From Vicugna vicugna (taxonomy: Eukaryota): 64,000 bases of DNA. The stretch spans positions 1,685,674-1,749,673 of the forward strand of contig MU057651.1 in assembly GCA_013265495.1 (NCBI GenBank). The letters run 5' to 3'. The notes under the pieces are model-generated. The model was not told where the DNA came from. It searched no databases and saw nothing but the letters and a program-made list of their open reading frames with translations. A program made the position numbers and the translations under genes. This document shows positions 1 through 12,125 of this stretch, in pieces. How positions within the stretch are numbered: the first letter of the stretch is position 1; each line of letters starts with the position of its first letter.

Positions 1-1544
1 GGCGGGGCTGGGAGCGGGGCCTTCCCCTGCAGCCGGCAGGGCCCCGGGTGACAGCAACGCCGCCTGGACCAGCCGTGCGCTCAGTGCAGGGCGGGGGCGG
101 GCGAGGGCAGGGCAGGGGCGCAGGGGGGCCCCTCCAGACAGCCCTGAGAGCTCCCTCCTGCCCTGGGATGGTCGCTCCGGTCCACGCCTCTTCACTGCCG
201 GCAGGTCTGAGCCTCCGGCACTCCCCGCTCCTCTCTGTCCTGTGCAGGGCGGTGTTTAAGGTCTGCCCCGGTCTCCGTTCCTTGCTTTCATAGCCTCGCA
301 TGTGTTTCCAGTTCTCCCCCGTCGCTCTCCGTGTTTCTTTTCTGGTCTTTAGGCTGAGGACGGTCAGTGCTCCTCTGCATCCCTGAGCCTAAAGTGACCA
401 GCGGGGCAAAGCCGGGACCGTCTCCGAGGCGCTGCTCTGAGCACAATTAGGGTTTTGGCAGAAGCTCAGTAAACAAGCTCCTGCTAAAAATGCAGAAACC
501 CTTCTCTCCTAGGGCCCATCTCCGTATTTATAGGGAGTCTGTCAACTCAAATAAATATCTAATTGAGTGTGTGCGCGCGCATGCGTGTTGGGGTCACAGT
601 TGGGGGCACTGTCTGCCCTGGATCCCTGGCTTCGTGAGGTTTTCCAAGGGGGACACGAAGGAAAAGCAGCAAGAACTTGGCATCCGAATTTCTGATAACT
701 GGCAGGGTCAGCCCAGCCTGAGTTGAAAGTTGCCAGTTTTGACTTTAAAAAGGATTCACGTGACATTTTTCCAACCCAACCAAACTGAGTGTTGTCTTTG
801 CCTTTTTGTTTTCTTTTTTAAATTCTCCATCTGCTGCAGGCACCTTTCAAACAGGGGAAATGGACACAGTAAAATTTTAAAAAGATGGAGAATAAAGTCG
901 GGAACCACAGAGAGAGGGAGAAGGGAGGCACAGACGCTGTGGGGCGTGGCTCTTGTGCGTGATGGGCCTGGGGGCTTCTGCGTGGTGGCACCTGGCACCC
1001 CCCCTGCTTGGTTAAAAGAGCTGCGTGTGACTTTTCAGACAAAATTTCTGTCTTGGGACTAAATTCTAAGAGATGCTTGAGTGTGCTCCCACATGGGGAC
1101 CGCCGGGTGACAGCGAATTCCCAGGCTCCCCAGCAGACGCAGAGGGATGTCATCGGCCAGTTCTGGTTGATGCCCACGCAGCACCAGGAGCAGTGAATCC
1201 CCCTTTTCAAGGAAAACTTCAGGAGAAGCCCGATCAAAGAGGGCTGCCCTAATCAAAGTGGAGGCTGGGTGTCTACACCCCAGCCAGCCTGCCTTCTCTT
1301 CGAGCCCCTGCCACAAGCCCAGCCAAAGGCGGCTTGCCCTTCTTGAGAGAACAAGGTTGGAAGCAGTGGCAGAAGGAACTCCTTCTCAAAGTATGTCTGT
1401 ACCATCCACGTCCCCTGCGGAAAAAGGGCTTATTGGCCAATTAGGTATGAAAAACTTCACACGTCTCTCTCAAAGATTCTGAGTGTACATCAGCATGTTA
1501 AAGTCTGCTAGCCATTTAAAAAAATAAATCTACAACTAGATTAT

Positions 1545-1633
1545 GTATTTATTTTTAATGGAGGTGCTGAAGATGGAACCCAGGACCTCGTGCATGCTAA
1601 GCACGCTGTTTGTCACTGAGCTATTACCCGCCC
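1545..1633 (-). mobile_element. tRNA-derived SINE (camelid Vic-1-like)
   Basis: Reverse complement reads GGGTAATAGCTCAGTG...GCTTAGCATGCACGAGGTCCTGGGTTC, followed by an A-rich tail. Confidence 0.8.
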
Positions 1634-1646
1634 TGTCCTTGCCTTT

Positions 1647-2046
1647 TGTGATGGATAATTTCGTATGTCGACTTGCCTAGGCCTTCGTTCCCAGATATTC
1701 GGTCAAACACCAATTAAATGTCCCTGTGAAGTTATTTCTTTTTTAGATGACATTAACAATGAAATCGGTAGGTTTTGAGCAGATTGCCTTCTGGAATGTG
1801 GGTGGGCCTCGTCTAATCAGTTGAAGGACTTAAGAGCAAAGTCTGAGAACTCCCGAGGGAGAGGGAATCCCACCTTCAGACGGCCTTCAGGGCTGAGCTG
1901 CAACGTCCGCTCCTCCCTGGGCCTCCTGCTGGCCAGCCTGCCCTGTGGAATTGAGTCTGGCCACATTCCCACAGTTAAGGGAGCCAATTCCGTAAAAAGC
2001 GTCCGCTGGAGTAGCCATGTCCTGCTGCTCTGGAGAACCCTGATTA
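1647..2046 (+). mobile_element. MLT2-like (ERVL) solo LTR
   Basis: TGTGATGGATAATTTCGTATGTCGACTTG...GTGGGTGGGCCTCGTCTAATCAGTTGAAGGAC...CTGGAGAACCCTGA resembles the recalled MLT2 consensus. Confidence 0.65.
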
Positions 2047-2124
2047 GTCCATTATTCTGCTTGTTAATGATTTGGGGGGCATTTTATGACATGATGTGAA
2101 AGCATCTAACGAGTTTTCCAACAG

Positions 2125-2316
2125 GTCCTCCCGAGCGCCCTGGCGGTGGCCTTGTCTGGAAGATGTGACCGGGACGTGCTGCGCCTCCTGCTGGAGTTCC
2201 CCAAGGGCGCAGAGTCCAGGGCGGTGGCAGAGCTGTGCGGGCTGCCCGGGGACAAGGTGTACTCCCTGATCATGCTCATGGCTCAGAATCTGAACCTGCG
2301 GAATTTCATTTACAAG
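2125..2316 (+). CDS. ABCA13: ABCA13 exon (window exon 1), ECD1; VLPSALAVALSGRCDRDVLRLLLEFPKG...NLNLRNFIYK
   Basis: ccaacag|GTC ... TACAAG|gtaagg; 192 nt, phase 0/0; resembles the human LSGKCDQEILHLLLTFPKG...FIYK segment (recalled). Confidence 0.88.
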
Positions 2317-3063
2317 GTAAGGGGCAGACGGCGGGCCTGACGCAGGCAGGGTGACTGTGCCGGTGACTCCGTGCTGCGGTGGGGGAGCCTGTGCAGGGCT
2401 TCTGAGTCCCTGGGTGCTGCCTCGGGGGTGGGCATGGAATCAGGGGGTGTTCAGGAGACTCTCCGGGGCCCTTGGGGTCAGGCCCATCAGGACATCCGGC
2501 AGAGCGCTGGTCAGCACGCTCAACGCGGAAGGACCAGCGAGCAGAGTCACCACCAAAGCTCTCTCTGCGGACCGCCCTCCTGGAGTGTTTATCTGGAGAG
2601 CTGGGCTCCCGCTGGGCCCCTCCCAGCCGCCCCTCTGAGTCAGAGCTGCTCCCACCCCTCCTTGGCCACGACCTTGTCTACCCCTGTTACACCCTGGGAC
2701 GCACGGTCTCTGTCCCATGAGGGTGACGTGCCCCCCTCTGCCAGGGCCTCTTCGGGAGAAGCTGTGCAGGTGGAGGGGGCTCAGGGCGGCCCCAGTCCTG
2801 TGTGAACCAGCCTGTCACCTGCCCTGCACACAGCATGGGAGGGTGGCGGGTGGGGAGAAATCTGGAGGTTATCGTGTGTGCGGGAAAGAGCTGAAGGTGG
2901 GTGGTGAGTTCCACTGACCCCAGGGCTGGCCCGAGGGAGTCCCCGCTCAGACGGCCCGCGTGGCTGCACACCCGTCCCCAGCCCTGGCTTCGTGCTCTGG
3001 TCTCTGCCCCTTCTGCAAAGTTCTTCGTCTTTTGGTCGCCACTGTTGGAATCTTTATTTATGT

Positions 3064-3519
3064 AGTTAAATTTTTTAGTGTAATTTTTTTATTTCAGAGT
3101 TACTTTTTTTTTATTGAAGTGCAGTCAGTTACAATGTGTCAATTTCTGGTGCACAGCGTCGTGTTTCAGTCTTACATATATATACACGTGTTCCTTTTCA
3201 TATTCCTTTTCATGATAAGTGACTGTGAGGTATTGAATATAGTTCCCTGTGCTGCACGGGAGGACCTTGTCGTTTATCTATTTTATATGTAGTAGTTAGT
3301 GTCTGCAAATCTCAACTCTTAATTCATTCCTCCCCACTCCCTGTCCCCTTTGGTAACCATACGTTTGTTCTCTACGTCTGGGTGTCTGTTTCCATTTTGT
3401 ACATAAGTTCATTTGGAGGTGGTCATTCTAAGTGAAGTGAGCCAGAAAGAGAAAGAAAAAATACCACATGAGATCACTTAGATGTCGAATCTAAAAAAGG
3501 AAAAAAAAAAGACACAAAT
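3064..3519 (-). mobile_element. LINE-1 3' end with 5' inversion
   Basis: Minus-strand L1 3'UTR at about 3104-3414, plus-strand L1 piece at 3415-3519, and TSD GAATCT(T/C)TATTTATGT at 3048-3063 and 3520-3535. Confidence 0.85.
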
Positions 3520-4148
3520 GAATCTCTATTTATGTTTCCAGAAACGTCACTCTCGACCACTGGTCTTGCTCCAGGTTTGTCCCCAGGGGTAGATTTGATG
3601 ACTCAGGGCCACGCAGAGATGCCACAGAGGTTGCAAAATTGGCCACGTGGCTTTAGGGGCCCCAAACCTGGAGGAGAGTTTTGGGGGTCAGGAAAATGGT
3701 AGATTTTCATTCCAGCCCAAGTTCCTGCGTGGCCGCCCTCTCTTCAGTTACTTCCGAAATCCAGCAGGTGAATGTTGGATTACACGGCCACACGGAACAA
3801 ACAGTCATTTTCAGAACGGGTATGTTTTAAGTCCACAAGCTGGAGGATGAACATTTTCTAAATGTTCCCATAATTTGCAAGGCTGCCTCTACTTAAATTT
3901 CCGCTCCGGGCACCTCCAAGTTAGAAACATCTGGAAAGTGATGTGCATTTCTGGGTTTGTGTTGGTACAATTCTGGTGCGATTGTGTGTGCTCTGGGAAG
4001 CGGAGCTGCACTCAGAGAGGGCTTTGCACAGCGGAGACCCCTCCTGGGCTCCAGAGGGAGGCAAACAAAGCAAGTGCGTTCACTCTCGCCGCCACTGCTC
4101 GGAGAGGAGACAGCGGTGCTTGCTCCGTGTTGTGTTTTTCCCTTTGAG

Positions 4149-4295
4149 ACTCTGATCCCTTCGGAGGCGGGCGGCCTGCTCAGCTCCCTGTTGGACGTCG
4201 TCTCCCGGCTCAGCCACCTGCTTCCCAAAGCCGGCCGCGTCCTGGACTACCTTCCCGAGTTCCTCCAGGTGTTTAAATTCGCTGACTTTCAAGAG
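4149..4295 (+). CDS. ABCA13: ABCA13 exon (2); [19 protein letters not shown]...FKFADFQE
   Basis: ttccctttgag|ACT ... CAAGAG|gtgagt; 147 nt, phase 0/0. Confidence 0.9.
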
Positions 4296-4436
4296 GTGAG
4301 TGCTGGGCCCGGGCCCCAGGGGAAGAGTCCCATTTGCTGTGTCTTTGTGTTTGAAAGTTTTATCTTCATTTCTTTTCCAATATCCAAAATGTGCATTCAA
4401 CCGCAAGATGCAGGGATGGGCAGGAATACCATTTTG

Positions 4437-4570
4437 TAAAAAGAAAAAATTTTTTTTGCAGGGAGGAGGAGGTAATTAGGTTTATTTATTTTAATGGAGG
4501 GACTGGGGATTGAACCCAGGACCTCGTGCATGCTAAGCACGCGCTCCACCCCTGAGCTGTTACCCCTGAC
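4437..4570 (-). mobile_element. Vic-1-like SINE with TSD
   Basis: Full SINE body; CAGGAATACC is repeated at 4421-4430 and 4571-4580. Confidence 0.88.
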
Positions 4571-5381
4571 CAGGAATACCTTTTGATGGCAACACAGTGT
4601 CAAGGAGCGAGGCCTGGTATCTCCTTCAAACCCGGATGAAACACACATTCACCCCGGGAAGGTCGGATAGTTTGTGTGTTGTTGGTGAAGTCAGAAATCA
4701 CGGAATCGATTGTGAGCACAGAGGAGACTCTGAGGGCCCGTTTAACTTAACATTCAGAGTCCATTGCTTTCAAAAACCTTAACACATTTCTTGGCGTATC
4801 CATAATTGGCCTGCGGATTGCAGGTCGGGTGCTGCCAATGCAAAGCTGAATGGGTCGAGGAGCATGGGCGGAGTTGTGCCTCGGATGCCGTCTGCCCGGA
4901 GGGAGTTGCTGGGGAGGGGGCGTGGTGGGGGATGGGCAGAGGTGGGGGTGCAGGAGGGGGGCCAGGGAGAAGACCTGCCTCGGAGGCAGGGTGTTGGTAA
5001 GTTCACCGGCTGCGGGATGACGTGCTAGCTGGGCATCCAAGTGTCTGGGGAAGTCGGCTGTGGAGACACGTGTTAAAACTATTCATTGGTCTGAGTTCCT
5101 GATGTTCTGTGGATTGATAATTTATCACTGGACAAACAGCCAAGGTTTGCTGGTGTACGTGTGTGTGTGTGTGTGGTTTGTCTCTTCGACCACGTAAACC
5201 AGAGAAATCATTGCATTGATTTGCACAGTGTTTCAAAGACAGAAAAGCCTCCAGCGGAAATTGCGTTCCTTTGCCTTGCTGGGACTGTAAGTTCAGCTGG
5301 GGAGGACACCCTTTCCCACGTCCGGGAGGGAATTACCCTGCACCGCGGTTCACTTGCCGCGTGTTTTTCTTACGTCCTCAG

Positions 5382-5559
5382 GCCTCAGAGAGCAAACAGG
5401 CCCGAGGTTCAGCCTTCGGTTCTTTCCAGTCTTTGATGAAGACCGTGTGCACGGAGCAAGCGTCTTTCTTGAGCAGCTCTGACACGTTTATGAACCTGCC
5501 AAGGGTGGACGACCTCTTAGGGGAAGACAGAGACAAATTCAACATTCCTGAAGATGCGA
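5382..5559 (+). CDS. ABCA13: ABCA13 exon (3); ASESKQARGSAFGSFQSLMKTVC...KFNIPEDA
   Basis: gtcctcag|GCC ... GCGA|gtaagg; 178 nt, phase 0/1. Confidence 0.92.
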
Positions 5560-5620
5560 GTAAGGAAGCTGGAATCCCTGTTTGTTTAGATTGCTTTGCA
5601 TTTGGATAATTAGCCCTGCT

Positions 5621-5733
5621 ATTTTTTTTAAATTATGTTTACTGAAATATAGTCGGTTTACAATGCTGCGTCAATTTCTGGTGTACAGCATCAGAATTCA
5701 GCCCTGTAGGAACACACACATATTTGTTTTCAT
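5621..5733 (-). mobile_element. Very short 5'-truncated LINE-1 3' end with TSD
   Basis: TTTACAATG...TTTCTGGTGTACAGC L1 terminus; perfect TSD ATTAGCCCTGCT at 5609-5620 and 5734-5745. Confidence 0.8.
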
Positions 5734-5819
5734 ATTAGCCCTGCTTTATATGAAATATTCTGTCTGAGTGGAAAGTGGGTGCATGTTTGCAAAGAATTTT
5801 CTGCCTCCACGCTCTAAGC

Positions 5820-6790
5820 TTCCATCCATCCCTTCATCTGTCCTTCCATCCATCCATCCATCCTTCCATCAGTCCATCCCTTCATCCATCCTTCCATCCA
5901 TCCTTCTGTCCTTCCGTCCATCCATCCCTTCATCCATCCTTCCATCCATCCATCCTTCCATCTATCCGTCCCTTCATCATCCTTCCATCCACCCATCCAT
6001 CCATCTTTCCATCCATCCATCCATCCCTTCATCGCTTCATCCATCCTTCCATCCATCCATCCTTCCATCCTTCCATCCATCCATCCCTTCATCATCCTTC
6101 CATCTACCCATCCATCCATCTTTCCATCCATCCATCCCTTCATCCCTTCATCCATCCTTCCATCCATCCATCCCTTCATCCATCCCTCCATCCATCCATC
6201 CCTTCATCCATCCTTCCATCCACCCATCCATCCATCTACCATCTATCCATCCCTTCATCATCCTTCCATCCACCCATCCATCCATCTTTCCATCCATCCA
6301 TCCCTCCCTTCATCCCTTCATCCATCCTTCCATCCATCCATCTATCCTCCCATCCTTCCATCCATCCATCCCTCCACCATCCTTCCATCTACCCATCCAT
6401 CCATCTTTCCATCCATCCATCCCTTCATCCCTTCATCCATCCTTCCATCCATCCATCTATCCTCCCATCCTTCCATCCATCCATCCCTTCACCATCCTTC
6501 CATCTACCCATCCATCCATCTTTCCATCCATCCATCCCTTCATCCCTTCATCCATCCTTCCATCCATCCATCCCTTCATCCATCCCTCCATCCATCCATC
6601 CCTTCATCCATCCTTCCATCCACCCATCCATCCATCTTTCCATCCATCCATCCATCCTTCCACCCATCCTTCCATCCTTCCATCCATCCATTGATCCATC
6701 CATCTAACCATCCATTGATCCATCCATTCCTGTATCCATTAACCCATCTATCCTTCTATCCTTCCATCCATTGGCCCATGCACCCAACCA
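5820..6790. repeat. Degenerate (TCCA)n tetranucleotide array, about 1 kb
   Basis: Continuous CATC/CCTT units are directly visible. Confidence 0.97.
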
Positions 6791-6879
6791 TCTGATCATT
6801 CAGCTAGCGTTGAGGACCAGTCTTTTTTGGTCTTTCCGTGCTTTTTTATTTCAAATGATTGTCACAGTAACCGTAGACA

Positions 6880-6975
6880 GTATTAGTACCTTTATTTTTC
6901 AGATGACAGGAGAGAAACTCAGCAGTTAGGTGACTTGCCCAAGTTCACGCAGCTCACAGGTGGCAGATGTTAGGG
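6880..6975 (-). mobile_element. MIR SINE fragment
   Basis: TTTTCAGATGACAGGAGAGAAACTCAG...GGTGACTTGCCCAAGTTCACGCAGC resembles the MIR core. Confidence 0.6.
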
Positions 6976-7636
6976 TTCCTGGTGGCAGATGTCTTGCTCT
7001 GTTCATATGTATGATTATGTCTTTCCCAAAGTCAAAACGGCTACCACGCTCAGCTTACAATTTAAAGTGTAAGTTGTTAAAATATTGACAAGAGCAACCC
7101 CTCTGATTCTATAAAAAGTCATTATATAGTCATGCCCTTAATTTACATTTCAAGTGCGGAATATAGAAAATTAATCGTGAAGATGATCGCAAGAGTAATT
7201 TCATATCCTGGATGTTACAAATCATACTATCAAAGCTAACGTAATATTTTCGTCTTAAATGTTCTCTTCAGACATAAAAGAACTAGTTATACTGAAGTGT
7301 TTATCACTAGCTTGAAACTGTATATATTTGATCACCAATCATTATGGTGATGAAGGACCTGCCTTTCTTAGGCACCTGTTGATTTAGTCAAGTACACCTT
7401 CAGCTGAAACTAACTGGTACCATATGGCGAGGGGAGCAGACGTGAGGGACTGAGTGTCTGAGTGAAAACAAGGCAATTTAACATATCAAAAGCAAAAAAG
7501 TGCAATAGCTCTGTAGAGGTGCCGCAGAGAAAATTCAGTAGCAATTTATTTATAAAGCTAATTTCATAAGAAAAACCTAATTCTGGTCTCAATACTGTGA
7601 CTGTTGAAATGAAGGTTTTCTAGATTAAAAACCAGA

Positions 7637-8135
7637 TATTTTATTTTATTTTATCTTACTTTATTTTATCTTATGTTATTTTATTTTATTATTTTATCTT
7701 CTTATTTTATATTTTATTTTCTTATTTTTTATTTTATTTTATTTTATCTTATTTTACTTTATTTTATCTTATCTTTTTATCTTATCTTTTATTTTATCTT
7801 TTTGTTTTCTTATATTTTATTTTATTTTATCTTATTTTATTTTATTTCATTTTATCTTACCTTATTTTATCTTTTATTTTATCTTATATTTTATTTTATT
7901 ATTTTATTTCATTTTATATTTTATTTGTCTTACTTTTATTTTATTTTTTATTATTTTATTTTATTATTTTATCTTATTTTATTTCATTTTATCTTATCTT
8001 TTATCTTTTATTTTATTTTATCTTTTTATTTTATTTTATTTTTATTCTATTTTATTTTATTTTTTTATTTTATCTTATATTTTACATTTTATTTTATTTT
8101 ATTTTATTTTATTTTATTTCATTTTATTTTACTTT
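7637..8135. repeat. Degenerate (TTTTA)n pentanucleotide array, about 500 bp
   Basis: TTTTA units with TCTTA and TTTCA variants. Confidence 0.97.
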
Positions 8136-8462
8136 ACTGTTTTCATTTTCAGGTGTCTTGGTCATTATTCAGCGCTCTCCCTGATAACTTAGTTTAAAAA
8201 TGTGAAGATCATACTTCCTTTTCTTTCAAATTATTGAAGGGAACATGGTATCTCAAACTTTCTTTTGGGACAGGAGCTGCTAAAATCAATAGCAGGAAGA
8301 ATGACCTCTGAATTTACTGCCCCCGTTCGGAGCTGAGTCGTGCAGAATGCCTGCAGATCGCTCACTGGGGAGTGAGACACCGTGGATTTTGAAGTAACTT
8401 CCCTGTAAATCTGGGCGTCCCGTATTAGGAGTAATACTTTTTTTCTTTTTTAATTGTGACAG

Positions 8463-8602
8463 CACCATTTTGCTTGAAGCTTTACCAGGAAATCCTGCAG
8501 TCCCCGAATGGCGCTTTGGTGTGGTCCTTCCTCAAACCTGTGTTACATGGGAAAATCCTGTACACACCGAACACTCCGGAGATTAACAAAGTCGTTGAGA
8601 AG
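8463..8602 (+). CDS. ABCA13: ABCA13 exon (4); (T)[46 protein letters not shown]
   Basis: tgtgacag|CA ... GAGAAG|gtacgc; 140 nt, phase 1/0; carries the ABCA-family KP..GKILYTP motif. Not present in the ORF track. Confidence 0.95.
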
Positions 8603-9829
8603 GTACGCTCCAGCGAATGAGGGTCTTACAGACCGTAGGAGCAACACGCCGGGAGGCGGTGCTTTAAAATACTTACTGTGATTATTGCAGAGGTTGGATT
8701 GTGCCCAGTGTTCTGGTGGTGATGATAGATCATTGGCCCTGCTGCTCTCCCTGTTCCCTTTGGATGTGAGTCTCTGAGAGGGTATTTTTGGAGGCAGGAG
8801 AGCGTTTTTGGAGTAAGTGATGCAGGGAGGACAGTCAGACAGACAGGAAGACTGTGTGCAGGAAACCCTGCAGAGCAGATGCTCGTCCGCTTTGCCTGGT
8901 GGGTCCGGTGGTGAAGGAAGAGTCAGACCTGGTGCGTCTGTAGCCCGGGTCTGGGAAGAGACCTTTTTTCTGAATTGACGTTGAGACCTTCTCGGCTTCG
9001 CTCTGCCGTGGGTCAGCTCGGACTTTAGACATTGCATGGTTTGCTAGGTTCTTCTGTTCCCGGCAGGATTGTTCATGTTTGCACTTCCTTTTGAAACGAT
9101 GTTTCAAGAAACCGTGAAACTGTTTCTCCTCTCTGTCTGGGACTCCAAGCCTATGAATGTGGAGTCTTGCAGTATTACCCTACAGGTCCCCGAAACTCCG
9201 TTCAGTTTGTTACCTCTTTTGTCTTGTTGCTCAGACTGGGTCTGTCTTCAGGTTCCCTGATTCCAGTCCTCTCCTTGGGACTGTCTGGGAAGCTTACAAT
9301 TTTAAGCTTAAAAATTTTTTTTGTTGTGGCATCTCTAAGTTCTGTCTGCGTCCTGGGCTTCTGTATCAGATTAATAACCCCTGTTTCATTGTTGAGACTT
9401 TTCTGCTATTTAATTTGTTTCAAGACAACTTTTATTTGCTTGTAGACGCATTTTTAAAATGTTTGTCAGATCACTCCAACATCTGATTTATTCCAATACT
9501 GACATCAACCTATTGCTTCTTAAAATTCAACTTGCAGGGTCTCTGGTGCACTGTCTGGTGGGTGATTTTCAATTATATTATAGGCATTTTGGATATCATG
9601 TTCAGAAACCCTGTAAAAAAATCTTTTATTCTTGCAGGCAGTGGTACTGATCAGATTAAACACACAGGTGTTGGCTCCCTCTGTGGGCGGTGGTTCCAGC
9701 GACAGCTTACACATCACAGCCTTTGTGGTGGTGTTTTGATCTGCTTGGTTTATCCGGAGCCTCTGAGGCTTCCAACTGCTCCCTGATTCTGCTGCCTGAA
9801 AGGCAGATGGATTTCTCTAGAAAGAAACC

Positions 9830-9965
9830 TCTATCCAGTCACCTGTCGATGGACACTCAGGTTGCTTCAATGTGGCTGTTGTAAACAGTGCTGCTGTGAA
9901 CACTGGGGGGCATGTATCTTTGCAAACTAGTGTTGGAAAAATACCCAGAAATGGAGTGTCTGGAT
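9830..9965 (-). mobile_element. LINE-1 ORF2 3' fragment
   Basis: Minus-strand translation FTAALFTTATLKQPECPSTGDW resembles the L1 ORF2 C-terminus. Confidence 0.75.
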
Positions 9966-10591
9966 GGTCTCTTTGTGACCCAGGGAGATGCGGTCGGACT
10001 CCCAAACCTCCTTCATCTTAGCTCTTTGGCATGTAGACCCTTTTCAGTATAAAAAAATACAGTAACATTGCATTAGACATCTTCGTGGATATAGCTTTAT
10101 ATTTCATTTAACTGGTTTCCTTATGATAATATCCTATTATTTTGAGAGACAAAAAGCCTGGGTTTCTTTTGTGGGTGAATATTTTTTGTGATACCTAATT
10201 ATTTAAAAAAATTCTGATTTGCTCTGCCAGCAGCAATAAGTGAATAAATACAGCCAGTTTCACTTTAGCCTAAGTAGTGTTAGATATCGTAAAACAAATG
10301 CGTAGATAATAAGTTGAGGACGTGTTTCTGTGTGCACCGGGGGCACTGGGGTGGACAGGCAGGCAGCGCCCGGCTGGAAAGAGTCCGGCGGAGAAGGCTC
10401 GCGGACTCATTGAGGGGTGAGGGCGTTGGAACGGTGGCCTTGTCTGGGGAGGTGTGGCCGATCTGATGGTGACGTTGGGAGATCCTTGCCCCAGGCGTAT
10501 CTCCATGTCGTAGCTGCCACAGCGCCGGCACATCTTCCCGGTGCAACCCAGCTGAACGGCAGACTTAACCCAAATGTGCTTTGTTCTGCAG

Positions 10592-10705
10592 GCAAATTAT
10601 ACTTTCAATTTTGTGGACAAGCTGAAGACTTTGTCAGAGACACTGCTGAAAATGTCCAGCGTCTTTCAGGGCAGTCGAAGTGGCCAGATGCTCAGCCAGC
10701 TGCAG
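10592..10705 (+). CDS. ABCA13: ABCA13 exon (5); [38 protein letters not shown]
   Basis: ttctgcag|GCA ... CTGCAG|gtgagg; 114 nt, phase 0/0. Confidence 0.93.
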
Positions 10706-11219
10706 GTGAGGGCGGCCGCCTTTGCCCCCAGGGGCTGGGGCCACACGGGCAGAATCTGGTGGTTTTTGGGAAGGTTCTCCAGACTCACTCTGGGCGTGGT
10801 TTTCCCGGTTGACCAGTGCTATCGACATAAAACTGGATGTGCATGGAAACCTTCTGGAATTGATGAGTTGTTTTGCTCGTGCAGGATGTTACCATTCTGA
10901 GAGTGCTCAGTAATTTATTAAAATTTATTTGCAATTTAAACTTCACATGAATGTAATGCCTTTTGGGGGTGGTTTGCACGCTGTTCAGCTGCGGGTTCTT
11001 TAAAACAATCAATTATCACTTGCTAATATTCTGTATGGACAACATAGCATATTTCAGAATGTGTGGACTGTCATTTACAACCTTCCGACTCCTTCACAGC
11101 GGGACAGTCATTAACTCCACAACTTAAATCGAAGTCGATCACATCATAACGTTTTGGGGCACCTGAAAATCCACCTGCATTTTTATTCTTGTGTGGCTTA
11201 TTTCTCACCCACCAGGCAA

Positions 11220-11445
11220 GTGGTTCAAGGTGGTTCAGCGCCGGGACCCAGAGCCAGGTCGTCTGGGTTTGAGTCCCCAGCCCCGCCCCTCCCCCGAATG
11301 CTGTGTGACTGCGGGCTGGCGGCTGAACTTCTCTGTGCCTGGGGTTTCTTGCCTGTGAAGTGAGGAAGTCATGGCAGTTACGAGCTGTAAAGGGAGTGAC
11401 ATTATGTAAAGCATTTGGAATAGCGTTTGGTAGGTAGGAAATGCT
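11220..11445 (+). mobile_element. MIR SINE
   Basis: CTGGGTTTGAGTCCCCAGC...GCTGTGTGAC...CTTCTCTGTGCCT...GTAAAGCATTTGGAATAG. Confidence 0.6.
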
Positions 11446-11979
11446 TCGGTGCCGAGACCAGATGACACATGCAAAGAATTTTATTACGGGAAAGAGGTCA
11501 GTCAGCAGGGCACGTCTGGTCCTCAGGGACAGAGGGAGGGAGGGAGGGAGGCTGGGCGGAAACATCGTACGTGGCCCTGCCAGTTAACGAATGCATCGCC
11601 ATTTTGCAAAAAAACAAAACTGGGGTAACGGGGTAACGCATAAATATTCTGCAGGGAACTGGCAAATGCCCCAGTCAGCCCCCACACAGGTACCCAACCC
11701 CCCAGGGGTTAAGCGTGGGGTTGGCCTCGCTGCATGGCTGTTTCTCACTCCGTCTCCTGGGGATTGTGGGGTGTCAAGTGCGGGGCAGGACGAGGCAAAT
11801 ATATGGAGAATAAAGGCGCAAAACTTCCCTAAGTTGGGGAAGGTGCCCTTGGAGGACCCAACAAAGCAAACCTACTGACAAATGTTTTTCAATAGTGAAC
11901 GAGGAACAATACGGCCGCTCTGAGAGGGGCTTCCGCAGATGAAGAGCTGGGCGTCGAAGGGTCAAGAGTGGCTTCGGCC

Positions 11980-12125
11980 GGGGAGGGTGGTTAGCGTGTG
12001 GGTAGCACGCACGGGTCCTGGGTTCAAGCCCCAGGCCCTCCATCAAAGTAAATAAACAAATATCTAATTACCTACCCCCTCCCCCAACAAAATTTAAAAA
12101 TAAAATACATAAATAAAAATTTTTT
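11980..12125 (+). mobile_element. Vic-1-like SINE
   Basis: GGGGAGGGT...GGTCCTGGGTTCAAGCCCCAGG...CTAATTACC, followed by an A tail. Confidence 0.8.

Noticed and set aside
1..130. G-rich, CpG-rich start of the window as a promoter or G-quadruplex
   Set aside because: Similar GC/CpG richness occurs throughout the introns, and no specific promoter evidence is visible
5768..6707. 308-aa and 310-aa ORFs rich in Pro/Ser/Ile/His
   Set aside because: They are translations of the TCCA microsatellite, which lacks stop codons by composition
7673..8197. 174-aa hydrophobic ORF (Phe/Ile/Leu/Tyr) resembling a membrane protein
   Set aside because: It is the translation of the TTTTA array
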